Counted from the first letter of the stretch, positions 26,448-34,954 are shown. The stretch: 40,799 nucleotides of DNA from a virus (IMGVR_UViG_3300012232_000026:1-40799), one strand, 5' to 3'. Notes: generated from the sequence alone by a model not told the origin. A program made the numbers and translations.

Positions 26448-26509
26448 TGTTGGCCCCTACGCTGCAGCCATTCGTTTGCATCATGTTCGGATTCTCGAGC
26501 TTGTTGCAT
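26444..26509 (-). CDS. 21-aa peptide, first ORF of the early operon
   Basis: GGGAG RBS, MQQARESEHDANEWLQRRGQQ*, ATGA overlap with the next gene. Confidence 0.45.
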   Translation of the reverse strand: MQQARESEHDANEWLQRRGQQ

Positions 26510-26582
26510 GGTGTCTCCCGTGGTTCGGGGTTAGGCCCGGGCGGTATTGCCGCGGGCCTGGGTTGTTACCCGGTAAGACTGC

Positions 26583-26611
26583 ATTCTATAGGCTATGGTT
26601 CCGTTACGCAA
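26583..26611 (-). promoter_or_regulatory. Sigma70-like early promoter
   Basis: TTGCGT-17 nt-TAGAAT with an AT-rich upstream tract. Confidence 0.8.
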
Positions 26612-26628
26612 CAAATTTCTTTGAATAA

Positions 26629-26727
26629 TTTGGGCTGACTTTGGGCTGATTTTTGGGCCTGGCGCAGACGGATGCGGGCCTAGCGCAGACGGATAGAGGC
26701 TAATTCGGGCCTGGCGCAGACAGATAG
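26629..26727. repeat. Short direct repeats (iteron-like)
   Basis: tttgggctga x2, then gggcct(g/a)gcgcagac(g/a)gat at 26655, 26676, 26707. Confidence 0.75.
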
Positions 26728-26765
26728 CGCGCCCGGACCTGTCTGAATTTGGCGCGCAAAGCTAA

Positions 26766-26784
26766 GTTGACTAATTTAGTCAAC
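26766..26784. promoter_or_regulatory. Perfect 9-1-9 palindrome, operator-like
   Basis: gttgactaa-t-ttagtcaac. Confidence 0.5.
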
Positions 26785-26887
26785 AATCGAACGAGTGTTC
26801 ACTAATTTGACATAACTCGGCGCGATGTCAGGCGCCTGGAGTCTGTCTACTAACCTGTCTGCCGTCCAGCTGAATTCCAACCTTTAA

Positions 26888-27176
26888 AATCAAAGACTTA
26901 GACACACAGTCAGGTAGACAGATAAATAACTTATTAGTTAGTTAGAATTATAGATAAATAGGTATATATACGCTATCCGCCTATACGCGCGCAGAATTTT
27001 CACGTAGCCGCGCTAACATGGTTTCCTGTCTGTCTTCTGTCTACCTGTCGGCGGGCTCCCCGCGCGCCAGGCCCCTAGCGCGGCGCGTTTCGGACCCGGA
27101 TTAGCCTTGACAATCAAGGCCTTAGGCCTTCGCGCGGATAATCCCTTATGCAACAAAGAGTTATAACTCTTTGATT
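26888..27176. promoter_or_regulatory. Cluster of IHF-consensus sites around an AT-rich tract (candidate packaging/origin region)
   Basis: WATCAANNNNTTR matches at 26888-26900 (+), 27112-27124 (+), 27164-27176 (-); 20-bp palindrome 27154-27173. Confidence 0.55.
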
Positions 27177-27382
27177 TGATTGAGGCTTTGTGAAGTGAGC
27201 ACTTACGAGGGCGGTTAGTGAGCGCTCGCGCGTCGGGCGGGGACGACAGCGCGCCAGGGTTAGGCCGACGCCCCCCGATTGGCCCGACCAACCGAGGAGT
27301 CCCGTGGGGCCCCTGCTGGGCACTAGCCCGGGCGAACGCCCCACCCCCATCAACTCACCCCAATCCAGGTACCATCGCGCGC

Positions 27383-27682
27383 ATGGAACCGCCAGAGACA
27401 CCCGAACTACCCGTCCCCGCGGAGGACGCGCCGCCCCCCGCGCCGCCGGACCCGCTGCTGACGCGCGTGACCACCGATGTCACCGACATCATGGACCGCG
27501 CCTACCTCGAACGACTCTCCCGCACCGAGCCCGTAGCGTTCATGAAGTTCGCCAGCGCTATGCTGAACCTCCGCGCCAGGCCCGGCGGCGCAGCCGACCG
27601 CGGCACCACCGTCGTGAACGTGGTGAACGCCATCCCCCGCAGTCCGCTCGACGGGATGCCCCCGGGGTTCACCTACAAGTGA
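27383..27682 (+). CDS. Putative terminase small subunit
   Basis: Small ORF directly upstream of terL; YLERLSRTEPVAFMKF helical core. Confidence 0.6.
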   Translation: MEPPETPELPVPAEDAPPPAPPDPLLTRVTTDVTDIMDRAYLERLSRTEPVAFMKFASAMLNLRARPGGAADRGTTVVNVVNAIPRSPLDGMPPGFTYK

Positions 27683-27694
27683 CCGCGTGACCGC

Positions 27695-29059
27695 ATGATC
27701 TACAAACCGCGCAGCTGGTTCGTGCCGTTCCATGCGCGCAAGCAGCGCTGGGGCGTGCTGGTGTGTCACCGCCGCGCGGGGAAAACCATCGCCGCCATCA
27801 ACGACGTGGTGGGCCGCGCGCTGAACACCGACAAGGCGATTTTCTTAGACCACCCGCCGCAGTACGCGTACATCGCGCCGTTCTACGCGATGGCGAAGCG
27901 CATCGCGTTCGACTACCTCATGCGCTACACCGACCAACTCGGGATGCGCCGCAGCCACAACATCGCGGAACTCTCCGTCATCCTGCACAACGGCGCGAAG
28001 GTGATGCTGTTCGGCGCGGACAACCCCGACGCGCTGCGCGGCATCTACTTGGACGGGGCGGTGATCGACGAGCCGGGCATCATGCGCCCGCGGGTGTTCT
28101 CCGAGGTCATCCGCCCGCTGCTCGCGGATCGCATCGGCTGGTGCGTGTTCATCGGGACGCCGAACGGGAAGAACGAGTTTTGGCGGATCAAGGAAGAGGC
28201 CCGGCTCAACCCGGACAAGTGGTTCTTGATGGTCCTCCCCGCGTCGCGCTCCGGCATCCTGGCGCAAGACGAGTTGGACGACGCGCGGCGCATCATGTCC
28301 GAGGACGAGTACGCGCAGGAGTTCGAGTGCAGCTTCGAGGCGGCGCTCAAGGGCAGCTTCTACGGCGCGCTGCTCAACGACATCGCGCACCGCATCACCA
28401 CCGTCCCCTACGACCCCACCGTGCCGGTGCACGTCAGCTTGGACTTGGGCTACACGGACAGCACCGCGCTGTGGTACTGGCAGGCGCTAGGCAACGAAAT
28501 TCGGTACATCCGGGCCGAGGAGTTCTCCGGCTTGGAGTTAGCCGACTACGTTGACATCATGCGGAACCACGGCTATCGCTACGGCGACATCTGGTTGCCG
28601 CATGATGCGCGGGCGAAATCGCTGCAGACCGGGCGCTCCACCATCGAAATCCTCCGCACCTTGGGCGTCAAGGGGAAGATCGTGCCCGAGCTCTCGGTGC
28701 AGCAGGGAATTCAAGCCGTTCGTTATGTCATGTCCTCCCCGGACACCTACTACGACGCGGTGGACTGCGCCGACGGCATCGAAGCGCTGCGCCAGTACCA
28801 GCGCGAGTGGGACGATAAGAAACAAGCGTTCAAGGAGCAGCCGAAGCACGACCACACCTCGCACTTCGCGGACTCCAAGCGCTACTCGGCGCTGGTGGCG
28901 CACAAGGGGGCGCGCGATTTCGTGAATAGGGTCGCACCCCCGCAACGGACCGGACGGGTGGGCGACCCCGGGTATGACCCCAAGGCCCCGTTCGGTGGTA
29001 ACGTGCGGCTCAACGACCTGTGGGACCAGACCACTCGCCCCGCGAACACCCGGATTTAA
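27695..29059 (+). CDS. terL: Terminase large subunit
   Basis: HRRAGKT Walker A, GADNPDALRG, VIDE Walker B, IGTPNGKN, QEFECSF, DLGYTD, LPHDA, HFAD nuclease motifs. Confidence 0.95.
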   Translation: MIYKPRSWFVPFHARKQRWGVLVCHRRAGKTIAAINDVVGRALNTDKAIFLDHPPQYAYIAPFYAMAKRIAFDYLMRYTDQLGMRRSHNIAELSVILHNGAKVMLFGADNPDALRGIYLDGAVIDEPGIMRPRVFSEVIRPLLADRIGWCVFIGTPNGKNEFWRIKEEARLNPDKWFLMVLPASRSGILAQDELDDARRIMSEDEYAQEFECSFEAALKGSFYGALLNDIAHRITTVPYDPTVPVHVSLDLGYTDSTALWYWQALGNEIRYIRAEEFSGLELADYVDIMRNHGYRYGDIWLPHDARAKSLQTGRSTIEILRTLGVKGKIVPELSVQQGIQAVRYVMSSPDTYYDAVDCADGIEALRQYQREWDDKKQAFKEQPKHDHTSHFADSKRYSALVAHKGARDFVNRVAPPQRTGRVGDPGYDPKAPFGGNVRLNDLWDQTTRPANTRI

Positions 29060-29068
29060 GGAACCAAC

Positions 29069-31699
29069 ATGCCGCCGACCCCGCAGTTGCAGGTAGTGGA
29101 CTCCGAAAAGGACTTCGGCAAGGGGCAGGAGGGCAAGTGCAAGTTCCTGCTGGCCGAAATTCTCGCCGCGGAGAAGGACGAGCGGGTGAAGAAGTGGCGC
29201 GAGCGCGGCAACCGCGTCGTGCTGCGCTACCGCGACGAGCGCGAGGGCGCGGCCAACGGCGGGGAGGCGATGACCCGCAAGTACAACATCCTGTGGGCCA
29301 ACGTGCAGACGCTGCTGCCCGCCCTATTCGGGCGTATGCCGCAGCCAATCGTGGAGCGGCGGTACAGCGACCCGGACCCGGTGGCGCGCGTCGCCAGCCT
29401 CATCCTGGAGCGGGTGCTGACCTACCAGATGCAGACCCAGGCGACGTTCAAGGACACCATCCGCTACGCGCTCGAGGACCGGCTGCTGCCGGGCATGGGC
29501 TGCGTCTGGGTCCGCTACCAGCAGGACGGGCTCAACCCGGTGGGCGACGTGACGCAGAACGTCATCACGCCGCAGCCGAAGAAATGCGAGGCGTTCAAGA
29601 CGCTCGTTGACTTCGTGTACTGGCGCGACTTCGGGTTCACGCCCAGCCGTCAATGGGAGGAGGTGCCGCGGGTGTGGCGCACGGTCTACATGACGCGCGA
29701 CGCGCTGGTGAAGCGGTTCGGCGCGGAGCGCGGCAAGGCGGTACCGCTCAACTACATCCCGTCCCATCACAAGGACGGTGGCGGCAACAACGTGTGGAAC
29801 AGCAGCAACCCCACCGACGAGCCGAAGGCCGACCTCATCAAGCAGGCCGTCGTGTTTGAACTGTGGGAGAAGGCCGAGAAGAAGGTGTACTGGCTGAACC
29901 CGGACACGGTGAAGCCGCTCGACGTGCGCGACGATCCGTACGGGTTCCCGGACTTCTTCCCGTGTCCGAAGCCGATGTTCGCCACCAACACCACCGGCAA
30001 CCTGTGCCCGGTGCCCGACTACTGCGAGTACCAGGACCAGGCGCAGGAGCTCGACGCCGTAACCAACCGGCTGTCGATGCTGACCAAGGCGTGCAAGGTG
30101 ATCGGCGTCTACGACGCGGAGCAGATGTCGCTGCAGCGCATGTTGACCGAGGGCATTGAGAACCAGCTGATCCCGGTGGACACCTGGGCCGCGTTCGCGG
30201 AGAAGGGCGGCATCAAGGGCACGGTGGACTGGTTGCCGCTGGACAAGGTGATCGAAGTCATCACCCAGCTGACGGCGATCAAGGAGCAGATGATCCAGGA
30301 CATCTACCAGATCACCGGCATATCCGACATCATCCGTGGCGCGTCGTCGCAGAACACCACCGCCACCGAGTCGCGCATCAAGGCGCAGTACGCGTCGATC
30401 CGGTTAGACGACATGAAGTCCATCGTGGCGCAGTTCATCACCGACACGATGCGGCTTATGGCGCACCTGGCGATCAAGTTCTTCCCACCCGAAATCCTTA
30501 TCGCGCAGTCCACGGTGATGCAGTCGGTGGACGGGCAGAAGATGTTGAAGGAGGCCCAGGCCGCGATGCAGGCGCAGCAGCAGGCCATGCAACCGCAGAT
30601 GCCGCCCCCGGGCCCGCCCGGTGCGCCGCCGCAAGGTATGACCGGCCCGCCGCCGGGCCCGCCGCCGATGCCCGGCCCGCCGATGGGTGGCCTGCCCCCG
30701 GCTGGCCCGCCGCCTGGCGCGACTGGCATGGCCCCACCGCCGCCCGGACCGGCCATGCCGCCGCCGATGGCCCCGCCACCGCCCGCGCCGCCACCGCCGC
30801 CGGAAATGATCGTGATGAACGCGATCCAGTTGCTCAAGAGCGACGACATCGGCTACCGCGTGGACGTGGAAGCGTCGTCGCTCATTGAGCCGGACGAGAT
30901 CGACGAGCGCGAGGCGCGCGGCACGTTTATGACCGCGCTCACGCAGTTCCTGCAACAGATGATCCCGGCGGTGCAGGCGTCGCCGGAGTCCGCGCCGATG
31001 TTCAAGGCGATGCTGATGTGGAACGTGCGCGGCTTCCGCATCGGACGCGACTTGGAAGGCATGATCGAATCCGGCCTCGACGCGATGGCGAACCCCGCGC
31101 CGAAGCCGCCGCCGCCGGATCCGGCCAAAGACCTCATCATGGCGAAGATTCAAGCCACGCAGCAGCGCATGGCCGACGACGCGAAGGCGGCGCAGGAGGA
31201 CGGTGCGCGCAAGCTGCAGGAGGCGCAGCTGTCGTTCCAAGAGGAAATGCGGCAGCAGCAGGAGAAGTCCGCCGCGGAACTGCAGGCGTTCAAGGACAAG
31301 ACCCAGGCCGAGGTGCAGGCGATTCTGATGAAGGCCGGGGTGCAGGGCCAGGTGGCGCTGAAAGCTGCCGAGGCCAAGGCCGAGGTCGCCGCGGGCGACG
31401 CGGCGAACAAGATCGCCACCGACGACGTGATGAACGAGGCCAGCGCCGCCCGCGAGGAGGACGCGCACCTGCGTTCGATGTCGCGTGAGGACGAGGCGCA
31501 CCAGGTGGGCCTGGCGCGTGACGCCGCGGCGGGCGAGCAGGCCCTGGGCCGCGACGCGGCGGCGGGCGAGCAGGCGATGGCGCTGCGGCAAGCCGAAGCG
31601 CTGCAGGGCATGGCACAGGGTGACGAGCAGCACACGCAGACCTTGGCCCAGCAAGAGCAGGCGGCGAAGGCCGCGTTGAAGAACAAATCCAAGGAGTAA
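29069..31699 (+). CDS. Portal protein with Pro-rich insertion and long helical C-terminus
   Basis: Follows terL; NILWANVQTL, FFPCPKP, IYQITGISDIIRG..TATE motifs of podovirus portals. Confidence 0.85.
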   Translation: MPPTPQLQVVDSEKDFGKGQEGKCKFLLAEILAAEKDERVKKWRERGNRVVLRYRDEREGAANGGEAMTRKYNILWANVQTLLPALFGRMPQPIVERRYSDPDPVARVASLILERVLTYQMQTQATFKDTIRYALEDRLLPGMGCVWVRYQQDGLNPVGDVTQNVITPQPKKCEAFKTLVDFVYWRDFGFTPSRQWEEVPRVWRTVYMTRDALVKRFGAERGKAVPLNYIPSHHKDGGGNNVWNSSNPTDEPKADLIKQAVVFELWEKAEKKVYWLNPDTVKPLDVRDDPYGFPDFFPCPKPMFATNTTGNLCPVPDYCEYQDQAQELDAVTNRLSMLTKACKVIGVYDAEQMSLQRMLTEGIENQLIPVDTWAAFAEKGGIKGTVDWLPLDKVIEVITQLTAIKEQMIQDIYQITGISDIIRGASSQNTTATESRIKAQYASIRLDDMKSIVAQFITDTMRLMAHLAIKFFPPEILIAQSTVMQSVDGQKMLKEAQAAMQAQQQAMQPQMPPPGPPGAPPQGMTGPPPGPPPMPGPPMGGLPPAGPPPGATGMAPPPPGPAMPPPMAPPPPAPPPPPEMIVMNAIQLLKSDDIGYRVDVEASSLIEPDEIDEREARGTFMTALTQFLQQMIPAVQASPESAPMFKAMLMWNVRGFRIGRDLEGMIESGLDAMANPAPKPPPPDPAKDLIMAKIQATQQRMADDAKAAQEDGARKLQEAQLSFQEEMRQQQEKSAAELQAFKDKTQAEVQAILMKAGVQGQVALKAAEAKAEVAAGDAANKIATDDVMNEASAAREEDAHLRSMSREDEAHQVGLARDAAAGEQALGRDAAAGEQAMALRQAEALQGMAQGDEQHTQTLAQQEQAAKAALKNKSKE

Positions 31700-31705
31700 T
31701 GGCCG

Positions 31706-32020
31706 ATGAACAAGGAAACCGTGCAATACGAGCAATACCAAGAACGGCTGCTGGAAGAAAAGCAGCAACTGGACGACCGGCTCGCCAAGCTGGTGAACTT
31801 CATCGGCTCGGCCACGTTCCAGAAGTTGCCCAGCAACTACTGCGATCTGCTGGAGGACCAGAAGGTGGCGATGGAGGAGTACGCCCGCATCCTCGCCGCG
31901 CGCATCGACCTGTTCAAGTCGGACTACGCGCCGAAGGCCGCGACCGGCGGGCCGGAGCCGGAAACGCCGCAGCCGAAGGCTGACGCAGCGGAGCCGGAGC
32001 CGAAGGGCAAGCACAAGTAA
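31706..32020 (+). CDS. Small coiled-coil protein (crAss001_48-related type)
   Basis: YQERLLEEKQQLDDRLAKL..F...L...LL..Q..AM..Y..IL..RI pattern. Confidence 0.65.
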   Translation: MNKETVQYEQYQERLLEEKQQLDDRLAKLVNFIGSATFQKLPSNYCDLLEDQKVAMEEYARILAARIDLFKSDYAPKAATGGPEPETPQPKADAAEPEPKGKHK

Positions 32021-32361
32021 TGGCACGGCGTTCGTTCCGTTACAACGCAGAGTTGGGCCGGATGGTGGAAATCGTCCGGTCCGACGACCCGCGCCTGCAC
32101 AGCGTGATCGGGGAGATCGAACCGTTCTACAGCCCGCGCGACGGCACGCTCATCAAGTCCCGCGCGCATATGAACGACTACATGGCGCAGCACAACCTCG
32201 TGCACTTCGACCCGACCAACAAAGCAGAGAAGGACCGTTACGCGCAGGCGCGTGACGACCAGGCGCGGCGCGAGTTGATTTGGGAGAACGTGGACCGCTA
32301 CAAGAAAACCGGACGGGTGGAGTTCAAAGGCCCGCGCTATAACGAAGACGACTCACTTTAA
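32020..32361 (+). CDS. Conserved hypothetical protein (113 aa)
   Basis: IEPFYSPRDGTLIKSR..M..H motif, typical between portal and scaffold. Confidence 0.7.
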   Translation: MARRSFRYNAELGRMVEIVRSDDPRLHSVIGEIEPFYSPRDGTLIKSRAHMNDYMAQHNLVHFDPTNKAEKDRYAQARDDQARRELIWENVDRYKKTGRVEFKGPRYNEDDSL

Positions 32362-32370
32362 GGACCGCAC

Positions 32371-33387
32371 ATGCCCGCACCCGATGATCTGACCGGACAG
32401 GAAGACATCCTCCCCAAAGAGGACAACCTGTCCGGCGTACTTGAGTCTGCCCTTGACCAAGCCGCGCCCGACACTCCGCCCGTCGTTGCTCCGGCAACGG
32501 ACGGCGAACGCCAGCGCGACGCCTTTGGTCGCTTCAAGCCAGCAGGGGAAAGCGCCCCCGCCTCGCCCGCGCAACCAGGTGCCAGTCCGGGTGCGCCTGC
32601 TGCCCCGGCGCAGGCGGGGGCGGCTGACCCGATGGGGCAGGCTCCGGCGTCGTGGACCGAGGAAGCACGCGGCGCATGGAACAAGGTGCCGCCGGAGTTG
32701 CGCGGCTACATGCACCAGCGCGACAACGAGCTCCAAGCCGGGTTCCGCCAAGTCGCGGACCGCGCGAACGCCGCCGCCGCGGTCATCAACGAGTTCATGC
32801 CGTACGCCGAGATTCTTGAGCAGGAGCAGGCCACGCCGGTAGCCGCGATCCGCACGCTGCTGCAGACTGCCTACGCGCTGCGGAACGGCGGCAACGAATA
32901 CAAGAAGGCGATCCTGTACGGGCTCGCGCAGCAGTACGGCGTGGACATGACGCAGGGTTACGACCCGAATGTTGCACAGACCGAGGCGCAGTTGGCGGCG
33001 ATGAACGCCGAGAAGTTGCAGCAGGGCGTGGTCGAGAACAACCGCACCGAATGGGAAGTCACCAACGCGTTCCAGGCCTTCGCCAACGACCCGCAGAACG
33101 AGTTTTTCCCCCAGGTTCGGCAAGTCATGGCCGGAATCATCGGCAATGGCCTGGCGAATGACCTCGGCACAGCGTACCAGATGGCGCTGGGCATGGTGCC
33201 GGAGGTGCGCCAGGAGTTGTTCAACCGGCACGTCGCGGCCCAGCAGCAGGCGGCGCAGCGCTCCGCGGCGGGGGCCAACCTGTCCGTGTCCGGCGCACCC
33301 GGCGGCGGCGCGGTGAGCAAGGCGGGCGACAAGGTGAAAGACAGCGACTTGCGCGCTACCCTTGAGGCGGGGTTGAGCGGAATGTAG
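32371..33387 (+). CDS. Scaffolding protein
   Basis: RDAFGRF, APASW..E....W..VP motifs, helical; directly before the capsid gene. Confidence 0.75.
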   Translation: MPAPDDLTGQEDILPKEDNLSGVLESALDQAAPDTPPVVAPATDGERQRDAFGRFKPAGESAPASPAQPGASPGAPAAPAQAGAADPMGQAPASWTEEARGAWNKVPPELRGYMHQRDNELQAGFRQVADRANAAAAVINEFMPYAEILEQEQATPVAAIRTLLQTAYALRNGGNEYKKAILYGLAQQYGVDMTQGYDPNVAQTEAQLAAMNAEKLQQGVVENNRTEWEVTNAFQAFANDPQNEFFPQVRQVMAGIIGNGLANDLGTAYQMALGMVPEVRQELFNRHVAAQQQAAQRSAAGANLSVSGAPGGGAVSKAGDKVKDSDLRATLEAGLSGM

Positions 33388-33535
33388 TAAGGGGTTGACA
33401 GGGTGGGTTGGCCGGACGGAATATCCGGTCAGCCCACGGACAGACACTCGCGCCAGCGAGCCAGCCATGTCCTAGCAGTCGGATGACCCAGCGAAGGGCG
33501 GGTAAGTAACCATCCAACCGTTAGGAGGCTGTCCC

Positions 33536-34507
33536 ATGTTTGCCAACAGCGCAATTTCGGATGTCGTCGCAACGACCATCCAATCCCGTACCGGAATCGT
33601 CGCGGACAACGTGACGAAGAACAACGCGATCCTCGTCAAGCTGGGCGGTCGCGGCAACATCAAGCCGTTCTCCGGCGGCAACGTCATCATGCAGGAACTG
33701 TCGTTCCAGGAGAACACGAACGCCGGGTGGTACTCCGGCTACCAGGCGCTGCCCATCGGCGCGCAGGACGTGATCTCGGCGGCGCAGTTCGACATCAAGC
33801 AAGCCGCGTGCGGCATCACGATGTCCGGCCTCGAAATGCTGCAGAACGCATCGAAGGAACAGATCATCGACTTGATGGAAGCGCGCATCAAGGTTGGTGA
33901 AGCGTCGATGTCGAATCTGATCTCGCAGGGCCTGTACTCCGATGGCACGGCAGCGGGCGGCAAGCAGATGGTTGGCCTCGCGGTCGCCGTCAGCAAGACC
34001 CCGGCGACCGGCGTGTACGGCGGCATCGACCGCGTGGCGTGGAACTTCTGGCGCAACCAGGCCGCTGTCGGCGTCGGCGGCGCGGCCACCGCAGCCAACA
34101 TCCAGCAGAAGTTCAACTCCATGTACGCGGCCACGTCGCGCGGCGCGGATCACGTCGATCTCATCATGGTGGACAACGGCTACTGGGCGCTGTACATGGC
34201 GTCGCTGCAGAACCTGCAGCGCTTCCAGGACAGCGGGATGGCGAAGCTGGGATTCCCCTCGGTCCAATACATGCAAGCCGACGTGGTGCTGGACGGCGGC
34301 ATCGGCGGCTTCGCTCCGGTGAATGTCGCGTACTTCCTCAACACGAAGTACATCTTCCTGCGCCCGCACCGCGCTCGCAATTTCGTGCCGCTCGACCCGT
34401 CGAAGCGCTACAGCGTGAACCAGGACGCCGTGGTGCAGCTGCTGGCCTGGGCTGGCAACCTCACGTCGTCGGGCACGCAGTTCCAAGGCATCATCGCGGA
34501 CGCCTGA
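33536..34507 (+). CDS. Major capsid protein
   Basis: AGGAGG RBS; IADNVTKNNAIL, FSGG, YSGY, LYSDGT, YGGIDR, YFLNTKY, NQDA, WAGNLT motifs. Confidence 0.9.
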   Translation: MFANSAISDVVATTIQSRTGIVADNVTKNNAILVKLGGRGNIKPFSGGNVIMQELSFQENTNAGWYSGYQALPIGAQDVISAAQFDIKQAACGITMSGLEMLQNASKEQIIDLMEARIKVGEASMSNLISQGLYSDGTAAGGKQMVGLAVAVSKTPATGVYGGIDRVAWNFWRNQAAVGVGGAATAANIQQKFNSMYAATSRGADHVDLIMVDNGYWALYMASLQNLQRFQDSGMAKLGFPSVQYMQADVVLDGGIGGFAPVNVAYFLNTKYIFLRPHRARNFVPLDPSKRYSVNQDAVVQLLAWAGNLTSSGTQFQGIIADA

Positions 34508-34517
34508 CCTCTCAACT

Positions 34518-34539
34518 ACGCGGCCCTTCGGGGCCGCGT
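34518..34539 (+). other. Stable C(UUCG)G hairpin 10 nt after the capsid stop
   Basis: acgcggccc-ttcg-gggccgcgt, no U-tract. Confidence 0.75.
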
Positions 34540-34555
34540 GTTCAAGGAGAATTCC

Positions 34556-34903
34556 ATGTCTGTCGTCACTCCGCTGATCGGCGCTTCCCTCACGCAAGTC
34601 TGGAAGCCGCCGGGCGGCGTCACAGTTCCACCCGCGGCTGCTGACGCCGCCGCGCCGTTCGCACTCGGTACGACCGTCTGGACGGACGGCTGGCTCGGCT
34701 CGCCCGCTGTCTCGACGGGACGCACCGCTGCCGTCTTCTGCCGCGTCGGTGCCACCGGCATCGCGGCGGGGGCCACCGCCGGTATCACCGCAGGCGTCAC
34801 CGTCGCTGCGGCGGCAGGCAACACGTTCACCAACAACACCGGGCAGGCGCTGGTGACGGGTGACTACGCGTTCCTGACCGCACAGCCTGCGATCCTGCCG
34901 TAA
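34556..34903 (+). CDS. Putative capsid decoration/cement protein (115 aa)
   Basis: AAGGAG RBS; small Ala/Gly/Thr-rich protein directly after the capsid gene. Confidence 0.6.
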   Translation: MSVVTPLIGASLTQVWKPPGGVTVPPAAADAAAPFALGTTVWTDGWLGSPAVSTGRTAAVFCRVGATGIAAGATAGITAGVTVAAAAGNTFTNNTGQALVTGDYAFLTAQPAILP

Positions 34904-34921
34904 TCAGTTCGCGCACCACGG

Positions 34922-34954
34922 AGGGCGCAGCGGTTGACGCGCTGCGCCCTTTTT
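34922..34954 (+). terminator. Rho-independent terminator after the capsid genes
   Basis: gggcgcagcg-gttgacg-cgctgcgccc-ttttt. Confidence 0.85.

Noticed and set aside
29057-29071. Other in-frame gene junctions (29059/29069, 31699/31706, 32361/32371, 35939/35964, 39891/39901) as readthrough sites
   Set aside because: TAA/TAG stops with a good downstream RBS and no shared motif; in-frame spacing is expected by chance about one time in three
34518-34539. Rho-independent terminator after the capsid gene
   Set aside because: No U-tract follows; a canonical terminator lies after the next gene at 34922-34954
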